Part shown: piece by piece, positions 1 to 11,920 of the stretch
Numbering within the stretch: position 1 is the stretch's first letter
Layout: the number at the start of each line of letters is the position of its first letter
NCBI RefSeq assembly: GCF_036321535.1
Contig: NC_087436.1
Location: forward strand, 50,842,001 to 50,906,000
DNA: 64,000 bases
Direction of reading: 5' to 3'
Origin: Camelus dromedarius
Lineage: Eukaryota
Translations under genes and position numbers: made by a program
Notes under the pieces: model-generated
Told to the model about the DNA's origin: nothing
Database searches by the model: none
Seen by the model: only the letters and a program-made list of their open reading frames with translations

Positions 1-989
1 ACTCATACTTCCTGATTTCCAAATTTACTACAAAGCTACAGTAATCAAAACAGTATGGTACTCACCTACAGTCAGTCAATCTTCGACAAAGGAGGCAAGG
101 ACGTACAATGGAGAAAAGGCAGCCTCTTCAGCAAATGGTGTTAGGAAAGCTGGACAGCTGCATATAAATCAATGAAGTTAAAACACTCTCTCACACCAGA
201 CACAAAAATAAACTCAAAACGTCTTAAAGACTTAAAACATAACACAATACACTGTATACCTCCTAGAAGAGAACATAGGCAAAAATATTCTCTGATATAA
301 ATTGTAGCAACGTTCTCTTATGTCAGCCTACTAAGGCAATAGAAACAAAAGAAAAAATAAACAAATGGAACCTAATTAAACTTACAAGCTTTTGCACAGC
401 AAAGGAAACCTGGGGCAAAAGAGACAACCTACAGAATGGGAGAAAATATTTGCAAACAATGAAAATGACAAGGGATTAATTTCCAGAATATACAAACAGC
501 TTACATAACTCAATAACAAAAACCAACCCAATCAAAAAAAATGGGTGGAAGACCTAAGAAAACATTTCCCCAATGAAGACATATAAATGGCCAATAGGCA
601 CATGAAAAAATGCTCAGTAACACTAATTATCAGAGAAATGCAAATCAAAACTACAGTGAGGTATCACCTCATGCTATTCAGAATGGCCATCATTAAAAAG
701 TCCACAAATAATAAATGCTAGAGAGGATGTAGAGAAAAGAAAACTCTCCTACACTGTTGATGGGAATGTAGTTTGGTGTAGCCACTATGGAAAACAGTAT
801 GGAGTTTCCTTAAAATACTAAAAATAGACTTACCCTATGATCCCCCACTCCCACTCCTGGGCATATACCCAGAGGAAACTAATTCAAAAAGATACATGCA
901 GCCCAATGATCATAGCATCATTATTTTAATTGTCAAGACATGGAAGCAAACTAAATGCCCATCAACAGATGACAGGATAAAGAAGTGTG

Positions 990-992
<3 letters not shown>

Positions 993-1048
<56 letters not shown>
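993..1048. repeat. (TA)28 microsatellite inside L1
   Basis: Read directly. Confidence 0.95.
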
Positions 1049-1052
<4 letters not shown>

Positions 1053-1420
1053 AAGGAATACTACTCAGCTATAGAAAAGAATGAAATAATGCCATTTGCA
1101 GCAACATGAATGGATCTAGAGATGATCATATTAAGTGAAGTCAGACAGAGAAAGATAAATATCACGCTATCGCTTATATGTGGAATCTAAAAAAAGTGAC
1201 ACAAATGAACTTATCTTCAAACCAGAAATAGACTCACAGATATAGAAAAACAAACTTATGGTTACCATGAGGGAAGTAGGGTGAGAAGGGATAAATTGGG
1301 AGTTTGGGTTTTGCAGATACTACTATATATAAAATAGATAAACAACAAGGTCATACCATATAGGACAGGGAACTATATTCAGTATCTTGCTATAACCTAT
1401 AATGAAAAAGAATATGAAAT

Positions 1421-1446
1421 ATGTGTGTGTGTGTGTGTGTGTGTGT
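1421..1446. repeat. (TG)n microsatellite in L1 3' UTR
   Basis: Read directly. Confidence 0.9.
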
Positions 1447-1844
1447 AACTGAATCACTATGCTGTATACTGGAAACTAACACAATATTATAAATCAACTA
1501 TACCTCAATTAAAAAATAAAAACAAACAAAAACAGTATGGTACTAGCATAAAGTTCTACATGGCTTGCACACAGTTTCTTGTGGTCTAGAGGGCTACACC
1601 CCTGAAGAGCCTGTGTGCAGCCCACCTATAATCTAGGGGTCCACACAGAGCTGCCATTTCTCCTGCAAATAAAGTAGATTACCTGCACAAAAATAATAGG
1701 CAGATGGTCTGAAGAGCAAAAATGAAACATTTCTCAACAACAAAAGGGAAACAGAAGACAGTGGAATATTAACTTCAATATACTGAGAAGAAATTGCTAT
1801 CACCCTAGAATTCTGTGCCAAGGAAAATATCTTTTAAGAATAAG

Positions 1845-2109
1845 GATGAATGACATGGATAAATTTGAAAACCATTGTGCTGAGCAAAAGAAATAAAAAG
1901 ACTATAGTGTGTGATTCTATTTGCACAGCATCCAAGAAGAGACAAAATTAAACTATAATGCTGGAAGTCAGAACAGTGGTTACCTAGAAGGGGAGGAGTT
2001 TGATTGGAGAGAGGCACAAGGGAAATTTTTAGGGTGAAATGTTCTGTGTATTAACTTGGGTGTGATTGCACAAGAATATATGTTTGCCAAAACTCACTGA
2101 ACTGTGCAC
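1845..2109 (+). mobile_element. Old L1 (L1ME/MC-type) 3' end fragment
   Basis: gaagtcagaacagtggttacc...aaaactcactgaactgtgcac resembles old L1 3' ends. Confidence 0.6.
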
Positions 2110-2340
2110 TGTGATGATTAATTTTCTGTGTCAACTTGACTGGGCCACAGGATGCCTAGATAACATTATTAACATTATTAATAAACATTAATTCTGGGTG
2201 TGCTGGTGAGGTCTTTTCAAAAGGGATCAGCATTTGAATCTGTAGACTAAGTAAATCAGATTGTCCCTCTTATGTGAATCTGCATCATCTAATCCACTGA
2301 GGGCCTGAATAGAACAAAAAGGTGGAGGAAAAAATAATTT
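2110..2340 (+). mobile_element. MLT2-type ERVL LTR fragment
   Basis: Begins tgtgatgattaattttctgtgtcaacttgactgggccac, the MLT2 LTR start. Confidence 0.8.
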
Positions 2341-2559
2341 TCTAACTACACGAGTTAGAAGATAGGTGTTTTTCCAAAGCTATTTGGTATACCAACATCT
2401 TTTAAAAGATAGTCTGGAACGAAATAATCCAGTGTCTCTGCTCACAAGATGCTTGAAAGTATCAGAGAATTATCTCCCAATATTTTGGGACAAATTGGGT
2501 ATGTGAATTTTTTTAAGGGCAAAATTTATGAAATTGAATACAGGTTAAAAGTTAGCATG

Positions 2560-2835
2560 CAAATTGAGATGTGCTGTTATATAAAATTTATGATAGATTT
2601 TGAAGTCTTAGTATGAAAAAAGGATATAAAATATCTCAATATTTATAGTGAAAACATTTAAAATGATAATAGTTTGAAAATGTTGATCTCAATAAAATGT
2701 ATTATTAAATCAATTCCACCTGTTTCTTTTTACTTTCTAAAATGTGACTACTAGATATTTTAAAATTACTTATGAGTCTTACATTATATTTCTACTGAAT
2801 TGCTCTGGGTGTCTAATTTTTATTGGACAGCCCTA
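2560..2835. mobile_element. MER3/MER33-like hAT-Charlie MITE
   Basis: aattccacctgtttctttttactttctaaaatgtgactactaga...ttattggacagc matches the recalled consensus. Confidence 0.6.
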
Positions 2836-3229
2836 GAATAATTGAGTAGCCTAATGTATAGACTTGAGTTGCCTAGCAAACAGTGACTGATAGAAAGCTT
2901 AATGGCTAATTTTTTCTTTTTCGTTGAGGTACAATCCCAGAATGGTAAGAATGTAGGAAAGAGGGAGTGAGACAGAAGACCTTTGGGCAGTTGCTGGGGA
3001 AACCTGATCCCATGTTCTGTGGCATACTGTTTCATCTGAGATGAGAAGTGATGCTAGAAGCCAGAATCACCGTGGGACTGATTGGCTTAAGCCTGCGTGC
3101 TGAGGTGCTGAGGATCTGGCCATGGTGAGTTGTCTTGTCTCTTGGATTATGGCTACTGTAATTTCCCCACTGAGAGTTAACACTGAGCATGGAAGTAGTA
3201 AGAGGTATTTTACTGACCCCTGTAGGTTC

Positions 3230-4900
3230 CAAACACAATCCTCCCTGCTTTCATTGAATTAGAGCAACTCTAGCTTCACCTGGTCATCAGAGTCCACTAC
3301 CCTAGTCAGTACATTAAATCTTTACCTGCTTGTCCACTAGAATATGAAACCCAAAGTGACTCGAAAGCATTAGTCATAACTTCCAAATGGGTGGAACGTT
3401 CCCCAACCCTGGAACCGGAAACATAAATTCCATTAGTGAGTCACTGAGAGTAATGATGAGAAAGGCTACTCCTACTTCTATACCCTGGTTTTTATACCTG
3501 TGTACTCTAGTTTCGAGAGAGACAGCACTATACATTGACCATAGTTCAGTGCATATACCGCACATCCTTAAAGAAAGTGCTCGAACCTCACAAGGTGCTG
3601 TCCTTAAGCTGAGCTGTCCACAGCCATTCCACTGTTTCGTTTTGTTTTGGGAGGCAGGTTGGCTGCTCCTGTGATAGAGAACTTGGTAAAATAAGTGATT
3701 CTCAAACTTATGAGCCTATCTTCACATCTCCTTTTACATCAGGTGGGTCTGTTTTCTAAGGCAATGTGATAGGGTTACCATTTTAAGAGGTAAAGAATTC
3801 TGTAAACTCTCAGATGGTGCTAGTGGAGACGCTGCAGTCAGGGAATGCAGAACATATTCAGAATCTGTATTGATTCCAGTAAATCAATTTGATGCCCCAG
3901 CCAAGGAGTAAGGGGGTCCAATGTAAACAATGTGCCAAAAGGTGGCTGACTGGTCCTCCTAAGGAATGGTACCTTTATCTAGGGCTCAGCATTAGACTCT
4001 ACTGCTGGGTGGTTGGGCAATCAGCAGAGGCAGTGAGATCATCCTTGGTGAGAGAAAGCCCCAAAGATTCTGGGTCTATGCATAGCCTTCATCCCTGCTA
4101 CCATGGCCACTCTCTTCCCTTGCCTCGTGTCAAGTACTGGAGTGGTGCATAGAAAGGGTGGCTAAAATTCACAGGACTGTCTTTCTGTGTTCTTGATTGT
4201 CAAGAGCCTTGTCTGCACATGTTCTGTTCTGAGCATTAATGTGGGATACAAAGAAACAGCATTTTTTGGGCCCACTCCTACAGTGTCCATCCGTATATTA
4301 TCTACCCAGACCCATCTTCCAGTTTTCTTTCTTTTATGACCCTGATCAACCAAACAAGACTTTTGGCTCTGCCCTGATTCAATATTTAACTGTACCTTGG
4401 GCCACCTCTTCTTTGACTTGAAGTTAGAAGTCAAACGTATGTCTCGTAAGTCTGTGCGCTGGGAAGATTCCCCTTCACCCATGTCATTCAGGGCCGCTCC
4501 TAAGTGGGGCTGTAATGTGGCAACAGTTTTTTATGGCCAGTTCTAGTACATATTGCACCAGCTCACGTATGAATCAGGCCTCTGTCATAAGGAATTCCCC
4601 ATGAGGTCATCAGTATTGTCACCAGTGCAGCAAGAGATAAATTACATGGAGGGCTAGACAACCAATTCGTGTAATTTTCTTGAACTTCTGCTTGAGTCTG
4701 AATGTAACACTTCTCATACAAAGCTGCCCCTGGAAGAGCTGCCCCTGCCCAACTTTACGGCTTGGTTGACGTGAAAGTCCTCAGTTCAGGCTGCACAGTC
4801 ACTTCTTGTACGCCGGTCAGACGTTTGGTCCCTACCAGACCCAGCAGTACACTGGGGCATGTTCTTCACACAGAGTAGCTCTCTGTGGTGAAATGCATAG
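3230..4900 (-). mobile_element. Decayed ERVL/MaLR internal (pol-like) sequence
   Basis: Minus-strand ORF 3374..3565 (HRYKNQGIEVGVAFLIITLSDSLMEF) resembles the ERVL pol C-terminal region; many stops; boundaries approximate. Confidence 0.65.
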
Positions 4901-5399
4901 CCTTGCTCCAGAATACGAGGGTCTACATTGTGGCTCTTCCATAAATGCCATATACCTCCAAGGGTATCTCCAGAACTATCAGATCTGTTGGATCACATGA
5001 TATAAGCTTGATTTTTCAGGCCTGACCACAGGCAATTACAAAGGCTTTACCTGACAGATTTCATGTGGGAAAGCTGTCCTCCCCAACCAGACGTGGGATG
5101 TAGCCAAATCTCTAAAGGGGGTGGCAATGAAGGACCTACTGTTGCCTCTCTGACTGTGCATGCACTTCACATATTCACAGCCCTAGCTTCAGTGCCTTTA
5201 CTCCTAGGTCTCTTTATCTGAGGCCTTGGGCAGAGATCTTCAGGCGACTGTGCTGAGATCTCCTTATTGGGGAGGAGAAGTGGGAAAACTTGAATACATT
5301 TATTCCTACTCAAACTCAGTACCCAGTAATTTCTACTCCTAGCCCTTCCTCCTCTTTCTCCCCGCAATCCCAGGGCCCATAAAACAGCCAGCCATTGCT

Positions 5400-6900
5400 G
5401 ATGCATAGGAAAATGACAGACTTCTCTATACTAACCTTGTATCCTGTAACCTGCTGTAAGTTGCTTATTCGTTTTTTTGTTGTTGTTGATTCTTTCAGAT
5501 TTTCTACATAGACAATCATGTCATCTGTGAACAAAGATAGTTTTATATCTTTCTTCCCAAACTGTGTATTATTTTCTTTTCTCATTGCATTAGTTAGGAC
5601 TTCCAGTATGTTGTTGAAAATGAGTGTTACGGGGAGACATCCTTGCTTTATTCCTGATCTTAGCATAAAAACTACTTGTTTCTCATCATTAAGTGTAATA
5701 TTAGGCTTAGTTTTTGGAGATGTTCTTTATCAAGTTGAGGAAGTTCCCCTTTATTCTTAGTTTGTGGAGAGTTTTTGTCATGAATGCATGTTGGATTTTG
5801 TCAAACACTTTTTCTGTATCTACTGACATGCTAATGTGATTTTATTTTTTAACCCATTGTTGTGATGGATTACATTAATTGATTTTTGAATGCTGAACCA
5901 GCCTTACATACCCAGAATAAATCCCACTTGGTCATGTTGTATAATTCTTTTTATATATTGTTAGATTTAATTTGCTAATGTTTTGTTGGGGATTTTTTTC
6001 ATCTATGTCATGAGAGACATTGGTCTGTAGTTCTCTTTGACTGTCATGTCTTTGTCTGGTGTTGGTATTAGGGCGATGCTGGCCTAGTATTTTAGATTCC
6101 TAGCCTGATAATCCGACATCCCAGCCACATCTGAGTCTGGTTCTAGTGCTTGCTCTCTCTCTTTTTGCCTTGTTGAAAGCCATACGTTATGTATGGGGTG
6201 AAAGAAACAGTGGCAAACAGGCTTTTAGTGATGTAGTAGGAGGGTGTGGGGAGAGAGGAAGCTTTCTATAGTTCTATGATTAGGCCTTAGTCTTTTAGTG
6301 AGCTTGTCCCTGGGCTGTGAATATCATAAGTGCTCTCTCATTCACCCGCTTAGGTAGGGCAGGAAGGCTAGAGGATATTTCCCTTCTCCTATTTGATACT
6401 GTGATAAAACTCCAGGAGGTAAGGCTCTGATAAAACAGTTTCTCTTGAGGGTAGTCCTTGAGCATGTTTCAAAATGGTTCCCGCCCCCTACTGGAAGTAT
6501 GAGGGGTTGTTCTCTAACCTTAAACGTGAGAACTGGTAGATCTGGAAACAAAACTCACAAAGCTGGGTGACCCCTAAGACTGAGTTCCCACCAAGTTTCT
6601 AACTGTCAGATTTGTCCACACTGAGCCTGCAGCGACTAATTAATTAGACTTTGGGTTTTCCTTTCTTAGTACTGGTTTCCGCAGAGCTTTCTGCTCCTGG
6701 GTTTCTGCTTTGATCAGTTGTGATTCTTTGAATCCACCTGTCTATTTCTCCAATTCTGGGGACAGCAGCTTGCCCTTTCACCTCAGTTCTTTGACAAATC
6801 TAAGAAAAACTGTTGATTTTCAGTTTGCCAGCTTTTTACTTGTTTTTAGGATGGGGTGATGACTTCCAAGGTCCTGACATAACAAAACAGTAACAGGAAG
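5400..6900 (-). mobile_element. Antisense L1 fragments (ORF2 RT region 5400-6085; 5' region 6085-6900)
   Basis: ORF 5316..5666 has SGIKQGC...IKLSLFTDDMIVYVEN, the L1 RT motif. Confidence 0.85.
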
Positions 6901-6924
6901 TCTTTTATTTCTTTGATCCATGGG

Positions 6925-7020
6925 TGTATATATATATAGATATATATATATATATATCTATATATATATATATCTATATATATATATATATATATATCTG
7001 TATATATATCTATATCTATC
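6925..7020. repeat. (TA)n/(TATATC)n compound microsatellite at an L1 tail
   Basis: Read directly. Confidence 0.9.
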
Positions 7021-7255
7021 TTATTTTTCAGAGCAATTTTAGATTAAAAGCAAAACTGAATAGAAAATACAGAAGTCCCATACACCCCCTGCCCCCAAGC
7101 ATGCACAGCCTCCTCCACTATCAACATCCCCCACCAGAGAGGTACATTTGTTACCATCAATGAACCTACCTTGACACATCATGATCACCCAAAGTCTATA
7201 GTTTACATTGCAGTTTACTCATGGTGTTGTACATTCTGAGTTTGGACAAATGTAT
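7020..7255 (-). mobile_element. L1MC/MD-type 3' end
   Basis: ccaccagagaggtacatttgttaccatcaatgaacct; related copy at 18700-19150. Confidence 0.75.
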
Positions 7256-8559
7256 GTTTTCAAAGTGAAGTGATCCAAATGATGTCATGCTTGTGTCCTG
7301 GAATGAATGGAGGAATGATAAGTCTCTGTTCTTGGTTGTTTATGTTTTAATAGATTCCCTAAAATATTTCTTAATAGAACAACACAGTATATCTAAACAT
7401 ATTTGCAGGGATGAATTTTCCTTTGACTTGGCTTAATGGAATTTCTAGGATTTGTGAAAAAAAAATCCTTTGCCACTCTTACTGCCATAAATCTTGTTAT
7501 CAGTTTTGAACAGACCAGAGCTGGGCATTTAATGCCATGAGTTAGGGAACATTATTTAAATTGAGAGCTCTGTTCCTATCAAAAGTAAAAATACTTCTGG
7601 AGTGAGGAAGGCTTTGAACCAGCCAGAACCTCTCCTCCTTAATGGGCTCTACCATAAGGAGACCAAGAGCCAGGAAAGGAGTTTGGGTCCTGTCCCCCAC
7701 CATATGACAGGCAGGTCACCTGACCTCTTTGGATCCTGTTCCCTTAGTTTTAGGGACTTGGGCTGGATAATCCAAATGTCCCTAAAGCCAAGATGCTAGG
7801 CTTGTGAAAAATGCTGACTCTGAAAAAGTAAAATATTGTGCTGTGTCTACAGATTCAGGCAATTCCAGGGCCATTTTAAAGCAATACAAAGCTTAGATTT
7901 TATGAAGGGAGAACTTCTCTTCAAAGACTTCTTAAATACAGAAATAAGGCAGATAACATCCACACAGAAGAACCTCAGTCTATTTTATGCAATGTGAAAT
8001 ACCCTCTTCACTTCCTAGATCACAGTCACATGCTGTTGCAAAACTGGGATTCAGGTAGGCTGTGTGACTACCAGCCTTGAAATAAACTGGTATTTCTTGG
8101 GTACCTTGGCATTGTTAGGGACAACCGTACATGTTAACGCATTTTATGCTGAAAACAACCTGAATTTGCCTGTGCTTTTAGTGAAGATTTCAGGGACCTC
8201 AGGAACCTCCTCGGTGGGGCTTTACAAAACGGAGGTAAATGTTGTAGTCCACTAACATCAGGACAATGGGTTGTGCTTTCTCTGGGCCGGGCCCAACGCT
8301 GCACGCTGTGCACGCATTTTCTCAGCCCTCACAACAACCCTACTGATTAGGTGCTTTTAGTAACTGTTTACTCTTTGAAGGGCCGATTATGCTTTGAGAT
8401 CCACCTGTGGAGCTGCAGGAGGTGGGCGTTACCTTCGCTGGACAGACCCTTGCAGCGTGAATGAGGGGCCGGTGAAGTTTGGGGGAACTAAAGCGTGAGG
8501 TGCCTTGGTTTTCGGTTCTCTGAAACAGTGAGGAGCCTCTCTAGCTGTAGTCTCCTCAC

Positions 8560-9340
8560 ACTACCATCTGTGCCCGAGCTTTGCGCCACTTTGCGCCCAG
8601 AGATCTGTGTATCCCAACTACCCAGCAGGGCTCTCGCCTCCTGTTCAGACATCACGGAGGAGGACGCAGACCGCAGCGGTCCGAGCCCGGAGCCGTGCAC
8701 CAGGCGGCGGCTCCGGCGGCGGCGGCTCCGGCACCCGCGGCCTGGCTTCTTCCAGCCTGCGAGACCTCCGCGCTCGTGGCCAGCCTGCCGCGCGCGGGGA
8801 CATGCCGCGGATCCTCGCCGCTCAGATGACCTGGGCTCGGGGCCCGGAGCCGGGGGCGGGGCCTGGAGCCGGAGGCGGGGCCGGAGGCCCGGGGCACTGA
8901 GGCGGGGCGCCGGGGGCCGGGGACTGGCCCCTGGGCGGGGAGAGCTAGAGTTTGGGCTCCTTCCGAGCCGACGGTGGCTTCCGGGGTCCCCGGCAGCGCA
9001 GGGGTTCTTGCCCTGTGGGCGTGTGCGGCGTCGGCCAGCGGCATGCACCTCCGTCTGCTTCTGCTGCTTGCGCTGTGCGGTGCGGGCCCCGCTGCCGCGG
9101 CGTTCAGTCTCAGCTTGCGGGGAAGCTGGAGGGTCCGCAGCCAGAACAGGTCGCTTGAGCTGCCCGGAGAGGTCCCGGGTTGCGTGCACAGCGCCTTGTT
9201 CCAGCAGAGGCTCATCCAGGTACTGTATGCGGCCGCCCCGTCGCGAGCCTGGGCCTGGGTCCTCCCTCGTGCAGAGAGGGGCCCAGGAACGGCCTGCCCG
9301 CCCCCGAGCCCGGGGCTGTTCCCTCGATTTGGCATGAACT
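8560..9340. promoter_or_regulatory. CpG island / TATA-less MANBA promoter with clustered GC boxes
   Basis: Very GC- and CpG-rich stretch in otherwise CpG-poor DNA; several GGCGGGG (Sp1/KLF) boxes between ~8853 and 8940 just upstream of exon 1. Confidence 0.9.
9043..9219 (+). CDS. MANBA: MANBA coding exon 1 (177 nt; [15 protein letters not shown]...[10 protein letters not shown], signal peptide, N35 sequon NRS)
   Basis: ATG at 9043 in the CpG island; hydrophobic signal peptide; [13 protein letters not shown] resembles the beta-mannosidase N-terminus; donor CAG|GTACTG at 9219/9220. Confidence 0.97.
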
Positions 9341-10029
9341 TCCCTTTTGCATCTTGTGGTCTGTGAGGGGAAACGCCGAGGCAGTGTAATTACTGTTGGT
9401 GAAGAGCATGGCTGGGGGTGGGCTAGATGGAGACTGACCCACCCACCCCGGGACAGCAGTAACTCAGGAAAGCAGAGGTTTCGACACGGTAAACAGTTTT
9501 ACTGGCGGTCTTTTTGCTACAGTGTTCCGCTGAAGCGTGGGTAGAAAGATCTTACTGTCACCGACAAAGCCTAAGGCTGAGGATTATTGTTTCAACTACC
9601 TGAACACTGCAGGGGACGATAGTCTTTGCTAAGTAAATGTTAACTGTCTTCAGTAATGTCTCAGTTTTTCATTTTCACTTTCAAGCGTCAGGGAGGCAGA
9701 TCTGGAATTGATGCAGCAGCACATAGCCTGAGGAGAACGAGACCAGCAAGGGTAACGTTAGGATTCCCAGTGTTAGTGTAAAGGCTAAGCCATTTTTAAG
9801 GCTGATTGGGATATGAAGAAAGATGCAGTTTCCTCTCGGGGTTTGTGCTATGATGTGTATGTGTGTCCCAACAGATGCTTCAGTTCATAGACTTCTCGTG
9901 GAGGACGCTTTCCTGTTTGGCTGCCTGTGGGCAGAAGTTTGCAAACAGACTGCCACCTCCCACTTGGTTTCCATCTGCTGCACATTTTCAGTGGCTTTGC
10001 CTGGGACAGGGGGTACTTGATAATGGTTT

Positions 10030-10210
10030 GCATGCATTGCCCCAATCCTCATAATAACACTGTAGAGTAGGTCCTTTTATCTGCACTGTATGGGAGATAT
10101 GGAGTTATGGAGCCCAGAGAAGGCAGAGGATTTACCCAAGATCACCCAGCAACTAAGTGGTAGAAATGGAATTCTAACCCAGCCTGGCCTGACTCCATAG
10201 CCTTATGTAC
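10030..10210 (-). mobile_element. MIR SINE
   Basis: cccaagatcacccagcaactaagtggtagaaatggaattctaacccag MIR core. Confidence 0.7.
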
Positions 10211-11084
10211 TGTACAACACTTATCCTGGTGGTATGAAAAATCTTGTTTTTGAAGCAGTGGAGTTGACTGTCAGGAATTTAATTCAAAATTTACTTAAGT
10301 GACAGGACAGTCAACGGGGTTATGCCAAATTTCTGATCTGGTACTATCAGAATTCCTGGTCTGGTACCATCAACTTCTTTTCGAGAATATATATCAGAAA
10401 GGAAACAAATGTAAATTACAGTGACCATGGTTGGGTTTATTTCTTAAGTAGGTACTTCTCCAACTCAAGTACTCAAACTATTTTTAGTTAATAAACTACT
10501 TAGGACAGGGACCACAGCTGACCTTGGTACCCTGAAGCGTCACTTGCATGTGCCTTGAGAATGCCTGTGTTTAATTTGCAGGGTCTCTCCTTGCATCATC
10601 TTCCTGATAGAACTAAGGCAACGGGAAATCATTAGTGGTTATAGCAAATCAGATTATTGTTCCATGTTACAGGGCTGCATACCAAGAAGGAATGTTTGGT
10701 TACAAGTTAATGTGAATGAGGTGCTCATAGTATGAAATGACTGATTTTTCCTCACAGGAATAATTTACAATGTCTGTTAAATCTGTTAATAAGTTCTTAA
10801 GAAAACTTTAAGTTTCAGGAAGGTAGATGTAGGTCTTAAATGGTAGTGGGATGATCGATGTGAAGGCTTTTGGGGGTTGGGGAACTCCAGGTCTGTTGAC
10901 GGTACTCATCAGCATTGGTGTCGCTACTGAGTAGTGTGATGTTTTCATTCTATCTGCTTTATTATAACATCCCCTTTTGGTGCTGACCTTAGGAAGTATT
11001 CTATAGTTTAGAGCAGACACTGGCCCAAATACTGTGTTTACAGGAGAACTTGAAACATATCTTGCTGAAGTCTTTCAATTAATT

Positions 11085-11920
11085 ATTCATTCACCTAATT
11101 ATCTCATAAATATTTACTCAGTACCTCCAATGTGGCAGGCATTATTCTAGGTGCTTGGAATCAAGTGGTGAAGAAATCGAAGTCTGTCTCAATAGATAGT
11201 GGAGGAGACAGACAATAAACAAATTAATAGATAATGTAGTGACAGGTATAAAGCAGATTAAAGGAAGAGAGAGTGAAGGCCTGTTGGGAAAGATTGCTTT
11301 TTAAAAAAAGGTGGTTAAAGATAGTCATTTTGCTAAAGATCTTTTGATGAGTTTGGTTTTAAGGAGAAGCACATTCCCAGCAAAAAAGAAGAGAAGATGG
11401 CAGTGGGGAGGAGGTTTGACAGGTCCAGAAATAGTAAGCAGGCCAGTGTGGCCGTCGCCCTGTGAGTCAAGGGGCAGGTGGATGATTTCAAACTAGGCAT
11501 CTAGGGCAGATCATGCAGGGCTTGTAGGCCACTGGGAAACACTTTGAATTTTATTCTAACAATGATGGGAAACTATTGGGGTTTTTGAGCTTGGAGTTGC
11601 ATGATTATATGTGCCTTTAAAGGGTCATTCTGGCTGTTGTGAAGACTACAGTGCATCAGAGTGGAAGCATCAAAACCGGGTAGGGGATGATTGCAGGTGT
11701 ATGAGCAGGAGGTGATTTCTGGCTTGGACAGGGGTGATGGCAGTGAGATGGTGAGAGTGGTGATGGGAAAACACATTTTAAAGGTAGAAACAACAAGATC
11801 TGTTCAGTTGAATTTGTTGATGGATTAAATGTGAGGTGTGAGAGAAAGAGGATTCAGGGAAAACTTCAGGATTGTTCAGTTCGAGCAGTTGGTTAACTAG
11901 AATTTGTATTTACTGAGAGG
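11085..11920 (-). mobile_element. L2 LINE 3' portion
   Basis: ttcattcacc...aaatatttactcagtacc...aggcattattctaggtgct is an antisense L2 3' end; L2 body follows. Confidence 0.75.

Larger units (their letters stand above)
63..1528 (+). mobile_element. 5'-truncated L1 (ORF2 C-terminus, 3' UTR, A-rich tail) inserted in an older L1
   Basis: L1 ORF2/3' UTR sequence; A-rich tail ~1511-1528; 16-bp TSD AAAACAGTATGGTACT at 47-62 and 1529-1544. Confidence 0.92.

Noticed and set aside
896..1084. YIYIYI-rich ORFs (also 6924..7163) and the CVCV ORF at 40163..40663
   Set aside because: Translations of (TA)n and (CA)n microsatellites
5316..5666. Reverse-transcriptase-like ORF
   Set aside because: Decayed L1 ORF2 fragment, not a host gene or a novel RT system
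8023..8033. GTCACATG M-box/CLEAR-like motif 1 kb upstream of the ATG
   Set aside because: Imperfect flank, single occurrence outside the CpG island; expected by chance
8488..9337. Long overlapping ORFs (233, 280 and 227 aa) on both strands around exon 1
   Set aside because: Stop-codon scarcity in the CpG island; low-complexity R/P/G/A translations with no recognisable domain
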